DNA of 64,000 nt from Flavobacteriaceae bacterium (GCA_041749595.1 JBGTBA010000064.1:242-64241), one strand, 5' to 3'. Shown: positions 1 to 10,818, counted from the stretch's first letter. A program made the numbers and translations. Notes: generated from the sequence alone by a model not told the origin.

Positions 1-1
1 A

Positions 2-949
2 ATTGATATTAAAAATTGGATATTGACCATCGATGGGGAATCGGCAAAACAAAAAAAGTCCTATGCCCTGGCAGAATTGCAATCAAAATTCAAACACTAT
101 TCCTACCAACTTACCCTGGAATGTGCGGGCAATGGAAGAAGTGAATTTGATCCGCCCGCTGAAGGGAATCAATGGACCATCGGTGCCGTGTCATGTGCCA
201 AATGGACAGGGGTACGCCTAAAGGATGTGTTGGCAGATGCAGGGATTAAGGATAATGCGGTATATATTGGGTACCATGCCGTGGATGCGCATTTAAGCAG
301 GGATCCCAACAAAGAACCTATTTCCCGGGGAGTCCCCATTGCCAAAGCCTTACAGGAAGAAACATTGCTTGCCTTTAAAATGAACGATGCCGATATTCCT
401 ATCGCACACGGCTACCCTTTGCGATTGGTGGCGGGAGGGTATCCCGCTTCGGTTTCGGGAAAGTGGGTAAACCGGATAAGCGTTCGGGATAAAGTACACG
501 ATGGCGAGAAAATGACCGGTTCCTCCTATAAAGTGCCCTGTGAAACCGTGGCTCCAGGAGAAACGGTAAAGGATGAGGATATGTGCATCATAGAATCCAT
601 GCCGGTGAAGTCGCTCATCACATTCCCCAAGTCGGGAGCCATGATCGATCATGGAAAAAAATTGCATATTAGGGGGCACGCCTGGGCAGGTGAGTTAGCG
701 GTAGCCAAAATGGAATACTCCATAGATTTTGGGGCTGCTTGGTCTCCATGCACATTGGAAAAACCCTTAAACCGAACGGCATGGCAGCATTTTTCGGCAA
801 GCGTATCATTTCCCAAAAAAGGATATTATGAGGTTTGGGCCCGAGCCACGGACACCAATGGAATTTCCCAGCCCATGTTGGTTCCCGGGTGGAATCCTAA
901 AGGATATCTGAACAATGCCTGCCATCGTATTGCAGTAAAAATAACATAA
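2..949 (+). CDS. Sulfite oxidase family molybdoenzyme (SorA/SorT/SoxC-like), 5'-truncated by window edge
   Basis: LECAGN Mo-ligand Cys, WTGVRL, HGYPLRLV, SGKW and a C-terminal Mo-co dimerisation domain (GHAWAG...WARATD). Frame is open from position 2. Confidence 0.9.
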   Translation: MDIKNWILTIDGESAKQKKSYALAELQSKFKHYSYQLTLECAGNGRSEFDPPAEGNQWTIGAVSCAKWTGVRLKDVLADAGIKDNAVYIGYHAVDAHLSRDPNKEPISRGVPIAKALQEETLLAFKMNDADIPIAHGYPLRLVAGGYPASVSGKWVNRISVRDKVHDGEKMTGSSYKVPCETVAPGETVKDEDMCIIESMPVKSLITFPKSGAMIDHGKKLHIRGHAWAGELAVAKMEYSIDFGAAWSPCTLEKPLNRTAWQHFSASVSFPKKGYYEVWARATDTNGISQPMLVPGWNPKGYLNNACHRIAVKIT

Positions 950-1423
950 ATGGCACGTAAAGAACATATGGACAAACGTTTTCGCGGTATTTATCGTCTG
1001 TTGATCGTGGTGAGTGCCGTGATCGTCATTGCTTCGGTCTTTTTAATATCTATATATAAAGACCCGCTTACCACAATCGATAAAGAGATAGACCCTACCA
1101 CAGTGGAAGTATCGGCAAATGAAGACCCGGACAAAATTGAAAATGGTATCCATATACGTACCGGACTTATTGCGGCGGAAGGATTGACCGAGGTGGTAAA
1201 CAATTGCACCACTTGCCATTCGGCCAAATTGGTCATTCAGAATAGGATGGGCAAGGAACGCTGGGAGGCCACGATACGATGGATGCAGGAGACCCAAAAT
1301 TTATGGGATTTGGGAAAAAATGAAAGTATCATAATCGATTATCTGGTCAAAAATTATCCGCCCAAGAATAAGGGGAGGAGAGAAGTGCTTACCAATGTGG
1401 AATGGTACCAATTAAAAGAATAA
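950..1423 (+). CDS. Membrane-anchored monoheme cytochrome c, probable electron acceptor of the sulfite oxidase
   Basis: N-terminal TM helix and CTTCH heme motif. ATG directly follows the upstream TAA. Confidence 0.85.
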   Translation: MARKEHMDKRFRGIYRLLIVVSAVIVIASVFLISIYKDPLTTIDKEIDPTTVEVSANEDPDKIENGIHIRTGLIAAEGLTEVVNNCTTCHSAKLVIQNRMGKERWEATIRWMQETQNLWDLGKNESIIIDYLVKNYPPKNKGRREVLTNVEWYQLKE

Positions 1424-1479
1424 CCTGGCCTGGTTTTTTATTTTGTAACTACATAAGACCGGAAAAGAAATAGAATGCT

Positions 1480-2355
1480 TTGGAAAAATATATAGATGCT
1501 TTTTTGAGCTCCTTTATCGGGACGGCAAACTGGACATGGCGTTCCATTGTTTTTGAGGTGCCTTGGTTTACCAATTATTTTTGGGGATTGATACTGATTT
1601 CATTGGTGGTCTGGTCGTTGGAAATAGTGTTTCCCTGGCGTAAAGTCCAGTCCATTTTTAGGAAGGATTTTTGGTTGGACGGGTTTTACATGTTCTTTAA
1701 CTTCTTCATTTTTGCCATTGTTATAAGTGGTTTCTATGAGCTGTTGTGCTTGCTTTTCAACGAAATGGGGATAACTACCAAGAGTTTGGTCCTTATGGAC
1801 CTTTCCTCGATGCCTTCATGGTTACAACTCAGCGTCTTTTTTGTGGTGTTGGATTTTGTGCAATGGTTTACCCATATTTTGCTGCACCGATATCCATTTT
1901 TATGGCAATTCCATAAGGTGCACCATTCCGTGAAGGAAATGGGGTTTGCGGCCCATTTGCGCTATCACTGGATGGAAAATATCCTCTATAAACCGTTAAA
2001 GACACTTGGTGTAATGGTTTTGGGCGGCTTTGAACCCGAACAGGCCTATATCGTTCATTTTATGGCAATTACCATTGGTCACCTCAATCATTCCAATATA
2101 AAACTAACATGGGGGCCTTTAAAGTACGTGCTCAACAACCCCGTTATGCATCTCTATCATCATGCCTATGTGCTGCCCAAAGGGAGCTATGGGGTAAATT
2201 TTGGCATAAGTTTAAGTCTGTGGGATTATGTGTTCAAAACCAATTACATTCCCGAGGATAGCGGTACCATTGAATTAGGTTTTAAGGGGGACGAAGATTT
2301 TCCCAAAGATTTTTTCCATCAAAATAGGTACGGGTTTAAAAAGCCCAAGAAGTAG
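1480..2355 (+). CDS. Sterol desaturase / fatty-acid hydroxylase family membrane protein
   Basis: His boxes HILLH, HKVHH, HLNH, HLYHH; several TM segments; TTG start. Confidence 0.85.
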   Translation: MEKYIDAFLSSFIGTANWTWRSIVFEVPWFTNYFWGLILISLVVWSLEIVFPWRKVQSIFRKDFWLDGFYMFFNFFIFAIVISGFYELLCLLFNEMGITTKSLVLMDLSSMPSWLQLSVFFVVLDFVQWFTHILLHRYPFLWQFHKVHHSVKEMGFAAHLRYHWMENILYKPLKTLGVMVLGGFEPEQAYIVHFMAITIGHLNHSNIKLTWGPLKYVLNNPVMHLYHHAYVLPKGSYGVNFGISLSLWDYVFKTNYIPEDSGTIELGFKGDEDFPKDFFHQNRYGFKKPKK

Positions 2356-2379
2356 GTTACACATACTTCTTGGGCTTTT
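2338..2379. terminator. Bidirectional intrinsic terminator between convergent genes
   Basis: aaagcccaagaagta ... tacttcttgggcttt perfect inverted repeat with A/T tails. Confidence 0.75.
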
Positions 2380-2400
2380 GCACCCAATATCCTATTGATT

Positions 2401-2979
2401 TTATTGGATGGTGAAATTAAAGGTCTGGGCAATGTCCGTTTCCCCACCGGCATCGGCCAGAGTACCGTTATTCGGTTTTTTGGGCTGGTGCCGCAGGGTT
2501 ACCGTAAGCGTGCCCGGACCAGCCGTTAAGGTTGATAGGTTAAAAAGTATTCCCAAAGGATTTCCATTTCCATCTTCATCGGCATAGACAATAGTACCAA
2601 TGGGCCCGGTGGATGAAAAGAAAAACTGGTGGTCATTTGCTTCTTGGGCCACCTCTTCCGTAATATCCTCTATAGGGGTCATGGTTTCGTTAAGGAGTAC
2701 TATACGTCCTGAATAGGTGGTGTTAACCAAAAGGTTGTCTGAAACAGTTATTACCGGGGCATTTGGGCCATCTCCATCCAGATCCCGGGATTGTAATTCA
2801 ATAGGCATACTTCCAGCGCCTGGGGTCAATACCACTCTCACAGTAGTAATTACCTCTTCCTGATTTATAGGCTTAGGATGCTCATTGTCTTTGGAACAAG
2901 CGGAAAACAGTAGGCCGCCCATAAAGCATACGGCAATCCGTTTGGCCGTCATTATTTTATTAAAGAGATTAATGCTCAT
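2401..2979 (-). CDS. Lipoprotein associated with TonB-dependent receptor (putative metal-binding)
   Basis: Lipobox LFSAC; EEVITT, DHQFFF and LRHQP motifs typical of TBDR-linked Bacteroidota lipoproteins; directly downstream of the TBDR. Confidence 0.7.
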   Translation of the reverse strand: MSINLFNKIMTAKRIAVCFMGGLLFSACSKDNEHPKPINQEEVITTVRVVLTPGAGSMPIELQSRDLDGDGPNAPVITVSDNLLVNTTYSGRIVLLNETMTPIEDITEEVAQEANDHQFFFSSTGPIGTIVYADEDGNGNPLGILFNLSTLTAGPGTLTVTLRHQPKKPNNGTLADAGGETDIAQTFNFTIQ

Positions 2980-2997
2980 GGTAGTAGAGTGGATTTA

Positions 2998-5397
2998 TTA
3001 ATAGTTTAATTTTAACCGAACTAAAAAATCCCTTCCCAGATCATCCGAAAAATAACGTAATCTGTTTAGGTATTCCCTATAATCCGTGTCCCAAATATTG
3101 TGTATTGCCAGGCCAATGGACAGCGTCTTATTTGGTGATAGACCAAATTTCATTTCGGCATCCAATCCCATTAAATGGTAGGCATCCGGCGGGGTATTGA
3201 TTTCAAGGACAACATTTTCATTTTGCTCCGGGGATCGTACGATGATATTATCGGGGTATTCATTTTGCCGAAAAACGTATTGGCTATCCAACGAAACCCT
3301 TAGGTTGTTCCAGTCCTTTTTAGTAAATGCAATACTGTTTACGAGGTTGGCCGATGGCATATTGATCAAGGCCCCATTCCTATCCGTATCCTTCCCTTTT
3401 ACCAAGGAAAACCGGTGGTCCGAACGCCAATTTTCGGTCCATTGGGAATAGGCGGAGGCATCGAATCCGATCAACCGTGCATTGGTCTGCCGATAGGCCC
3501 ATACCGGGAAGGCGCCACGGATGGTAAATTCCAGCCCTGTGGGTTCTAAAAGGATAAAGTCGTTGATGGTATTGAAGTATGGGGCTATTTCATACCCCCA
3601 GGCAGTACCCGTTTTTTGAAGCGATAGGGACAATTTATGCGATGTCTCTCTCTTTATCCTCAAATCGCCCAATTCTATACGTGCTGCCGAATGGTGTAGG
3701 CCATCGCTAAAAAGCTCCGATGGGTTTGGCGCGCGCTGCGACAAGGCATAATTAAATCGAAATTTTGTTTCCCGGCTTACATCGTATTGCAAGCCTGCTG
3801 TTGCAGAGATATTGTGATAATCAAACACGGGATTGGTCAGTAATTGGTTCCCTAAGTCATCTATCACAAAATTCTGGAATTCTTGGTCATAGCCCCTTTC
3901 TTCCCACCGGGAGGTTTGGTAGAATTTTTTGGCATCGATCCTGCTAAAATCATAGCGAAGCCCGGCATCCAGTAATAAGGCATTGGAAACGATATATTCA
4001 CCGATCAGGAATCCCCCAAAGTCGTACTTGTCATAATCCGGTATCAATCTTCGAACGCCCGTACCGGGATCCGAAAAATTTTCCTGATAGCGGAAAAGCA
4101 TTCCGGAATTCAATTTATAATTGCTTTTGGCATCAATTTTAAAACCCGTGGACAGGGTATAGGTGGTCAACTCCAAATCCAATGAGGCCTTGTTGCGGTC
4201 ATCCCCCACACGTATATCAAACTCAAGGCGATGGTTGAGTTGAAAATCATATTGCAAGTTCAGTTTTCCAACACCTTCGAACCGATGATAGTACGTTAGT
4301 TTCCCCAAATGGTGGGTCACTTCCTGATCTGGCGGATCAATGGCATAGGTAAAATCATTGACAACAAGTGGTTGCTGGCTATTGATCCCCCGTATAAGAT
4401 CATCGATATTCCCGATATGCGATGCCCTGAGGATACCGATATCCGTTTTAAAAAAAGAGTAATATGCGTCCCAGCCTTGGGCAAAATTATGTTTTCCAAA
4501 AGTCATGGAACCGCCTCTTTCGGAAATGCCCGTGTTGGAAAGGATGTAGTCCGGAGATTCCGAATCCCCGAACCGCTTAAAGGATCCCTGGCCTTTAATA
4601 AACCATCCATTGGCATAGGACTTGGTCAGTTCGGTGGTACCGTTCCCGCCCCTTCCATTGGTGGCGCCGTTCAAGATGGTTTTACCGTAAAGGCTGTCCT
4701 TGGCGGGAAAGTGGGCCTGTTCCAAGACAATTACCCCTCCAATGGCGTCACCCCCGTATTCCAAAGCCGCAGCACCTTTAATGACAGATACACTATTGGT
4801 ACTGTTTATGTCTACGTTTGGGGCGTGTTCGTCTCCCCATTCCATGTCCTGCATGCGAACCCCATTGTTCAGTATAAGTACACGACTGCCATTTAGCCCT
4901 TGGATTACAGGTTTCACAATTTTAGAGCCGGTGCTAAGTGAGGACACCCCGGTGATCTGTTTTAGGGCATCGCCCAAACTACCGCTGCTGTAACGCTCCA
5001 ATGCATCAATTTTTAAGGTTGCTTCTTGGGCGGAATTGGTTTTGTTCAAAAAGATATCGCCTATGACCTTCACTTCGTTCAGTTGCTCCATGTGATGTTC
5101 CAAGGTGATTTTTTTGAAGGTATCGCCTTGGATGTCCAAGGTGAAAAATTGGGATGAACACTCAGGATGTGACACCTCTATTTCATAAGATCCATCACAT
5201 AGTCCTTTTATGGTAAATTCTCCTTCTAAATTAGATACCGCCACTTTATCGGTACCGTACACTTGGATGGTTGCCCCAGCAAGCGGCGTTTGGTCATGGA
5301 AATCCTGTACGGACCCTTTTAGCGTGCTGCTGCATTGCTGGCCAAAGATATATGTAGGGAACGCTATAGCAAATAGCAGTGCATGGATGCCTCTCAT
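2998..5397 (-). CDS. TonB-dependent receptor (probable metal uptake)
   Basis: Signal peptide, carboxypeptidase-regulatory-like N domain, plug (KPVIQGL...WGDEHAP), GLHH motif, C-terminal aromatic residue. Confidence 0.92.
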   Translation of the reverse strand: MRGIHALLFAIAFPTYIFGQQCSSTLKGSVQDFHDQTPLAGATIQVYGTDKVAVSNLEGEFTIKGLCDGSYEIEVSHPECSSQFFTLDIQGDTFKKITLEHHMEQLNEVKVIGDIFLNKTNSAQEATLKIDALERYSSGSLGDALKQITGVSSLSTGSKIVKPVIQGLNGSRVLILNNGVRMQDMEWGDEHAPNVDINSTNSVSVIKGAAALEYGGDAIGGVIVLEQAHFPAKDSLYGKTILNGATNGRGGNGTTELTKSYANGWFIKGQGSFKRFGDSESPDYILSNTGISERGGSMTFGKHNFAQGWDAYYSFFKTDIGILRASHIGNIDDLIRGINSQQPLVVNDFTYAIDPPDQEVTHHLGKLTYYHRFEGVGKLNLQYDFQLNHRLEFDIRVGDDRNKASLDLELTTYTLSTGFKIDAKSNYKLNSGMLFRYQENFSDPGTGVRRLIPDYDKYDFGGFLIGEYIVSNALLLDAGLRYDFSRIDAKKFYQTSRWEERGYDQEFQNFVIDDLGNQLLTNPVFDYHNISATAGLQYDVSRETKFRFNYALSQRAPNPSELFSDGLHHSAARIELGDLRIKRETSHKLSLSLQKTGTAWGYEIAPYFNTINDFILLEPTGLEFTIRGAFPVWAYRQTNARLIGFDASAYSQWTENWRSDHRFSLVKGKDTDRNGALINMPSANLVNSIAFTKKDWNNLRVSLDSQYVFRQNEYPDNIIVRSPEQNENVVLEINTPPDAYHLMGLDAEMKFGLSPNKTLSIGLAIHNIWDTDYREYLNRLRYFSDDLGRDFLVRLKLNY

Positions 5398-5468
5398 CGG
5401 AAAAAATTGTTGATTGATAAAATAATGTTTTCCCCTATCTGAAGGAAGAAAAATGAAGGTGCGGGAAA

Positions 5469-5774
5469 CTAGGCCACAACAGGTGGGGGCCTACAGTAAA
5501 AATAGAAAATATTGCCATCAAGGGTGATCCTGGAAGCCAATTTGAAGTTTCTTTCAAAAGGGACAAAAACCAGATTGGCACTTGGGGCGTTGATTTCTTG
5601 GGAAACTAAAAATTGATTTTGTTGATTTAACGAGACGATATCGCAAATAGAACAGTTTTCTATTTTATTGTTTTTATCGGTTTGATGGGAATACACATGA
5701 AAAGAAGAAACCTTGACAAGCATCAAGGCCGTAAAAAGAAAAAACAAGGCTATTTTCTTATACGATGAATACAT
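5469..5774 (-). CDS. Small leader ORF, DUF2946/CruR-like (TM - HxxxH - CxxC - C-terminal RPPP)
   Basis: Hydrophobic N-terminus, HVYSH, CSIC, ends CRPPPVVA; 71 nt upstream of the TBDR on the same strand. Confidence 0.7.
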   Translation of the reverse strand: MYSSYKKIALFFLFTALMLVKVSSFHVYSHQTDKNNKIENCSICDIVSLNQQNQFLVSQEINAPSANLVFVPFERNFKLASRITLDGNIFYFYCRPPPVVA

Positions 5775-5962
5775 AAATGCGAATTTAGCTAAAAATGTGG
5801 GAGGATCAGTATAAAAAAGACTTAATTAGAAAAAAAAGATAAAAAAAAATTGGGACTATGTTGATTTTATTCGGGGGGAATAGAGATCAGGTGCCGTGCT
5901 TATTTTATATGAAACGTATCTGCAAATCCACTTTTTTTATGATCCTTTAAAGTGTTTTATGC

Positions 5963-7387
5963 CTAACAATCACTGAGGTACACCCCAACGGCCAGTCCGC
6001 CCTCCGAGGTTTCCTTGTATTTGGAACTCATGTCCTTGGCGGTTTCCCACATGGTATTTACCACCTTGTCCAAAGACACTTTTGCATTTTCCGGATTGGA
6101 GCCCATGGCCAGCTCAGCCGCATTGATGGCCTTTATGGCACCCATGGAATTGCGTTCTATGCATGGAATTTGTACGAGTCCGCCAATAGGATCGCAGGTA
6201 AGTCCCAAATGGTGTTCCATGGCAATTTCCGCCGCCATCAGTACTTGCCCAGGGCTACCGCCCATGACCGATGTCAACGCTCCCGCAGCCATGGCTGAGG
6301 AAACCCCAATTTCGGCCTGGCAACCGCCCATGGCAGCAGAAATGGTGGCTCCTTTTTTAAAGATGCTCCCAATTTCCCCAGCGACCAAAAGAAATTGTTT
6401 TATATGCTCAAAAGTGGCATCGTGGTTCTCTATGACCAGATAATACATTAAAACAGCGGGGATAACTCCCGCACTTCCGTTGGTGGGTGCAGTGACCACA
6501 CGCCCCAAAGAGGCATTTACCTCATTTACGGAAAGGGCAAAACAACTGACCCATTGCAGGATTTGCCGAAATTTCACTTCGGTCTCCCGTATGGTCTGCA
6601 GCCATTCCCGGGGGGTGGAATAGGGGAGATCTCCCTTTAAATTTTGGTGCAAATCAAAAGCCCTACGCCGCACGTTGAGTCCGCCCGGAAGGTTTCCCTC
6701 GGTGTGGCAACCGGTGTACATGCACTCCAACATGGTCTGCCATATCCGTTGCAGTCCGGTATCGATTTCAATATCGGTGCGCAACGAACGTTCATTTTCC
6801 AAAACCAGTTCGGAAATACTTTTGTTCTCTTTTTGGCAATAGTCCAACAGTTGTGCACCGTTCTGTATCGGGAAAGGGAATTTTTCAAAAATTCCCATAT
6901 TTTTCTCGGCATTGCTTCTCATTTCCTTTACCACAAAGCCGCCACCGATGGAATAATAGGTTTCGGACACGGTTTTACCCGAAGTCAGATTGGCGGTAAA
7001 CGTTAGGCCATTGGCATGGAAGGGCAAAAATGTTTTATGGAAAAAAAGGGCTGTTTCAGGATTGAATTTCAGTTCTCTTTCGTTGTTGAAATTCAGGATT
7101 TCCGTAGACTTGATCCGCTGTACAATGGTTTGTATGGAAGCAATGGGTATATATTCCGGGTCTTCGCCGGACAGTCCCAGCATAATGGCGTAATCCGTGG
7201 CGTGCCCTTTTCCCGTTAATGAAAGGGAGCCATGGATATGGATTTCCAATTCGGATACCTGATCAAAAATTTGGCCCGATTTCAATTCACCGATCCATCT
7301 CTTGGCTGCCCGCCATGGCCCTAAGGTATGTGAGCTGGATGGACCGACCCCAATTTTAAGCATATCAAAAACACTGATGCACTCCAT
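5963..7387 (-). CDS. sdaA: L-serine ammonia-lyase (Fe-S dependent)
   Basis: [48 protein letters not shown]. Confidence 0.96.
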   Translation of the reverse strand: MECISVFDMLKIGVGPSSSHTLGPWRAAKRWIGELKSGQIFDQVSELEIHIHGSLSLTGKGHATDYAIMLGLSGEDPEYIPIASIQTIVQRIKSTEILNFNNERELKFNPETALFFHKTFLPFHANGLTFTANLTSGKTVSETYYSIGGGFVVKEMRSNAEKNMGIFEKFPFPIQNGAQLLDYCQKENKSISELVLENERSLRTDIEIDTGLQRIWQTMLECMYTGCHTEGNLPGGLNVRRRAFDLHQNLKGDLPYSTPREWLQTIRETEVKFRQILQWVSCFALSVNEVNASLGRVVTAPTNGSAGVIPAVLMYYLVIENHDATFEHIKQFLLVAGEIGSIFKKGATISAAMGGCQAEIGVSSAMAAGALTSVMGGSPGQVLMAAEIAMEHHLGLTCDPIGGLVQIPCIERNSMGAIKAINAAELAMGSNPENAKVSLDKVVNTMWETAKDMSSKYKETSEGGLAVGVYLSDC

Positions 7388-7785
7388 GACCCGATTTTAT
7401 TTTAATCTAAGATAAAGATAAGACTATATTATGGTTTGTAACATCAAGCTATTTATTGGGGTTCGGAATAAAAATTTAAGGTGTATTTTAACTTGGTTGA
7501 AATTATAAAGGAGTGTTTATTTATCCGATCAATTTCTTGGATATCCATCTATTTTTTTGCTGTTATTTGCGTATTCTAATGGATCATTTTTCCATTAACA
7601 CATTAAAAAGTAGATGAGTAAGCATGTTTGGTCTGTTCCGGTTTTTTCGGGAGTATTTTTTTGCTGCGCAACTGACCGTTAAGTTATGATTTAGGCTTGG
7701 TTCTATGCCCTATAAAAACGAGGGAGTACAGTAGCTTTTAACGGGCAGTAGTAGTACTAAAAGACCCAGAGCACATACTTCTATT

Positions 7786-7835
7786 TGCCATAATCTGCCA
7801 CCTTGTCATATTTCTGGTCATGGCACAATCATTGA
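7786..7835 (+). promoter_or_regulatory. Putative sigma54-type promoter of dnaK with upstream TGCCA/TGTCA boxes
   Basis: TGGCAC-N5-TTGA at 7821-7835 (consensus TGGCAC-N5-TTGC); TGCCA-N3-TGTCA at 7796-7808; extra TGCCA at 7786. Confidence 0.5.
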
Positions 7836-7886
7836 ATTGGAAGGGGAAACACAAAAAGAATTTTCAACACCATAAATAATTAAAAA

Positions 7887-9794
7887 ATGAGTAAGATAAT
7901 AGGAATAGATTTAGGAACGACCAACTCTTGCGTTTCTGTAATGGAGGGTAATGAACCAGTCGTAATTCCGAACGCAGAGGGTAAACGGACCACACCTTCT
8001 GTCATCGCCTTTGTTGAGGGTGGAGAGATTAAGGTTGGTGATCCCGCAAAAAGGCAGGCCGTTACAAACCCGCACAAAACCATATATTCCATAAAGCGGT
8101 TTATGGGCAATAAATTTTCCGAATCCACCCAAGAAGTAAATAGGGTTCCATATAAAGTGGTAAAAGGCGATAATGATACCCCGCGTGTAGACATTGACGG
8201 GCGTTTGTACACGCCTCAAGAACTATCTGCCATGATACTTCAAAAGATGAAGAAAACGGCAGAGGATTATTTGGGGCACAGTGTTAGCCGTGCCGTAATA
8301 ACGGTCCCCGCTTATTTTAACGATGCCCAACGACAGGCTACAAAAGAAGCGGGTGAGATTGCCGGACTTACCGTGGAACGCATAATCAACGAGCCTACGG
8401 CCGCATCTCTGGCCTATGGTCTGGACAAAAAACACAAAGATCAGAAAATTGTTGTTTTTGATTTTGGAGGTGGGACACATGACGTTTCCGTTCTGGAATT
8501 GGGCGATGGAGTTTTTGAGGTGCTTTCCACTGACGGGGACACTCATTTGGGAGGTGACGATGTAGACCAAAAAATCATCGATTGGTTAGCTGATGAGTTC
8601 AATAAAGAGGAAAGCATAGATCTGCGTAAGGATGCCATGGCATTGCAACGTTTAAGGGAGGCTGCGGAAAAGGCCAAAATAGAATTGTCATCTTCGGCAC
8701 AGACCGAGATAAACCTGCCTTATGTTACGGCTACGGCAACTGGCCCAAAGCATTTGGTACGCACTTTGACCCGTGCAAAATTTGAGCAATTGATCGAGGA
8801 TTTGGTCAAAAGGACCATTGAACCTTGCCAGACCGCCTTAAAGGCGGCAGGGCTATCAAAAAGTGATATCGATGAGATTATCCTGGTAGGCGGTTCCACA
8901 AGGATTCCAGCAGTACAGGAAGCGGTAGAGAAATTTTTCGGAAAGAAGCCATCAAAAGGGGTAAACCCGGATGAAGTGGTTGCCGTAGGCGCAGCCATTC
9001 AAGGTGGGGTTTTAACCGGTGATGTAAAGGATGTTTTGTTGTTGGATGTAACACCTTTGTCCCTTGGCATTGAGACCATGGGCGGGGTTATGACCAAATT
9101 GATAGAATCCAACACCACCATACCTACCAAAAAGTCACAAGTTTTCTCAACGGCGGCAGATAACCAACCTTCTGTAGAAATACACGTACTGCAAGGGGAA
9201 CGACCCATAGCAAGTGGAAACAAGACCATTGGTCGGTTTCATTTGGATGGTATTCCGCCCGCACAAAGGGGAACACCACAAATTGAGGTAACTTTTGACA
9301 TTGATGCCAACGGAATAATTAAAGTTTCCGCAACCGATAAGGCCACCAATAAAACACAGGACATTAGGATTGAAGCGTCTTCCGGTTTGACGGAGGAGGA
9401 GATCAAAAAGATGAAAGCCGAGGCCGAGGCCAATGCGGAATCGGATAAAAAGGCAAAGGAAACCGCGGATAAGCTTAATGAGGCAGATGGCATGATTTTT
9501 CAAACGGAAAAGCAATTGAAGGAATTTGGCGACAAACTATCCGCCGATAAGAAAAAAACCATTGATGATGCTTTGGGAGAACTTAAAAAAGCCTATGACA
9601 GCAAAGACCTGACCATGATAAATCCAGCTTTGGATAAGATTAACGAAGTTTGGAAAGTAGCATCGGAAGAAATGTACAAAGCGCAGGCCGAAGCACAGCA
9701 GGGGGCACCATCCAGTAACGGAAAGACAGCATCCAACGAAGGGGAAAAAGAAGGCGACAGCGTAGAAGATGTTGACTTTGAGGAAGTGAAATAA
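7887..9794 (+). CDS. dnaK: Molecular chaperone DnaK (Hsp70)
   Basis: [40 protein letters not shown]. Confidence 0.99.
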   Translation: MSKIIGIDLGTTNSCVSVMEGNEPVVIPNAEGKRTTPSVIAFVEGGEIKVGDPAKRQAVTNPHKTIYSIKRFMGNKFSESTQEVNRVPYKVVKGDNDTPRVDIDGRLYTPQELSAMILQKMKKTAEDYLGHSVSRAVITVPAYFNDAQRQATKEAGEIAGLTVERIINEPTAASLAYGLDKKHKDQKIVVFDFGGGTHDVSVLELGDGVFEVLSTDGDTHLGGDDVDQKIIDWLADEFNKEESIDLRKDAMALQRLREAAEKAKIELSSSAQTEINLPYVTATATGPKHLVRTLTRAKFEQLIEDLVKRTIEPCQTALKAAGLSKSDIDEIILVGGSTRIPAVQEAVEKFFGKKPSKGVNPDEVVAVGAAIQGGVLTGDVKDVLLLDVTPLSLGIETMGGVMTKLIESNTTIPTKKSQVFSTAADNQPSVEIHVLQGERPIASGNKTIGRFHLDGIPPAQRGTPQIEVTFDIDANGIIKVSATDKATNKTQDIRIEASSGLTEEEIKKMKAEAEANAESDKKAKETADKLNEADGMIFQTEKQLKEFGDKLSADKKKTIDDALGELKKAYDSKDLTMINPALDKINEVWKVASEEMYKAQAEAQQGAPSSNGKTASNEGEKEGDSVEDVDFEEVK

Positions 9795-9821
9795 ATACGG
9801 ACAATGTCTGTGAAACTATTG

Positions 9822-9848
9822 AAAAGGGTGGAAATTTCCACCCTTTTT
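9822..9848 (+). terminator. Intrinsic terminator of dnaK
   Basis: aaaagggtggaaa/tttccacccttttt inverted repeat with T tail. Confidence 0.8.
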
Positions 9849-9906
9849 CTGTTTTCCATATCCATTTTGTTTCACTATTGGGAGAATATGAAGTAATTTT
9901 GGGGGT

Positions 9907-10818
9907 ATGGTAAAAAACTACTCAACATTCCTAGTACCGCTTATAATCGTTGCGGCCCCTTTTTTTGCAAAGGCCCAGGAATTTAAGATTTTCACCACAA
10001 GCGATTTTGATTTAAAGGGATCCGTAAAATCGTGTGTGGTAATCACCAATTACGGGAAGGAGGAATTTGATTTTGACGAGGACGGGCTTTTGACCAAATC
10101 CGTTACCCGATACAATGAAACCGATTATGATATTACCTCTTACAAATACGACAACAGGGAAATAAAGGAAAAGCGGGTAGAGAACTATAGGGATGGGGCG
10201 TTCAACAAAATCACTTCATTTGCCAATTTTTACTCTGTTGATACCACTTCCGGAAAAAAAGTGACAGAAAAGATAGTCTCATACAGTAAAGAATTATTGG
10301 CCCAAAACGAATACGTATATGACAGCATAGGCAGATTAGCCCATATAAAACACGCCGACAGGGAAGGCATAGACGTAATTGCTTTGGAATATTTGGATTA
10401 TAAGGGAGAATCCACCGTTACCTACCTTTTGGACGGCGTGGTCCAGAAAACCATTCGTACCTCCCAAAAAAAAGGGAAATCAAATGCGGATCAACGGATA
10501 GAACTGACCAAGGAATTTTTAAACGGGGAACCCAATAAGGCGTTGGAACAGGTTTATGACGGGGAAAATAAAATGATAGCCGAAACCAAGTTTGTCTATG
10601 ACACGGAAAAAAAGGGATTTATCCAGCAAGAGGCCATCGGTTATTTGTACAACGATCTTGGAATGCTGGTTGAAATGAAGACAAAAGCGAACAAAAGTGA
10701 GGATTTGAAAAAATACATTTACCAATATGATGATGGGGAGATGGGAAATTGGATAAAACAGATTGTGACGCCGGACAATACCTATACAACCAGAAGGATT
10801 GTTTATTATAAAAAATAG
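9907..10818 (+). CDS. Secreted hypothetical protein with YD/RHS-like repeats
   Basis: Signal peptide (AKA-Q); recurring (F/Y)DxxG units; ends GNWIK...RRIVYY. Confidence 0.6.
   Translation: MVKNYSTFLVPLIIVAAPFFAKAQEFKIFTTSDFDLKGSVKSCVVITNYGKEEFDFDEDGLLTKSVTRYNETDYDITSYKYDNREIKEKRVENYRDGAFNKITSFANFYSVDTTSGKKVTEKIVSYSKELLAQNEYVYDSIGRLAHIKHADREGIDVIALEYLDYKGESTVTYLLDGVVQKTIRTSQKKGKSNADQRIELTKEFLNGEPNKALEQVYDGENKMIAETKFVYDTEKKGFIQQEAIGYLYNDLGMLVEMKTKANKSEDLKKYIYQYDDGEMGNWIKQIVTPDNTYTTRRIVYYKK

Noticed and set aside
3197-5413. Long antisense ORFs (e.g. 4309-4896), and similar shadows over dnaK, aldB, lpdA and pepT
   Set aside because: They lie opposite well-supported genes and have no motifs.
7400-7886. 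CIRCE/HrcA operator or small ORF upstream of dnaK
   Set aside because: No TTAGCACTC-N9-GAGTGCTAA and no credible ORF.
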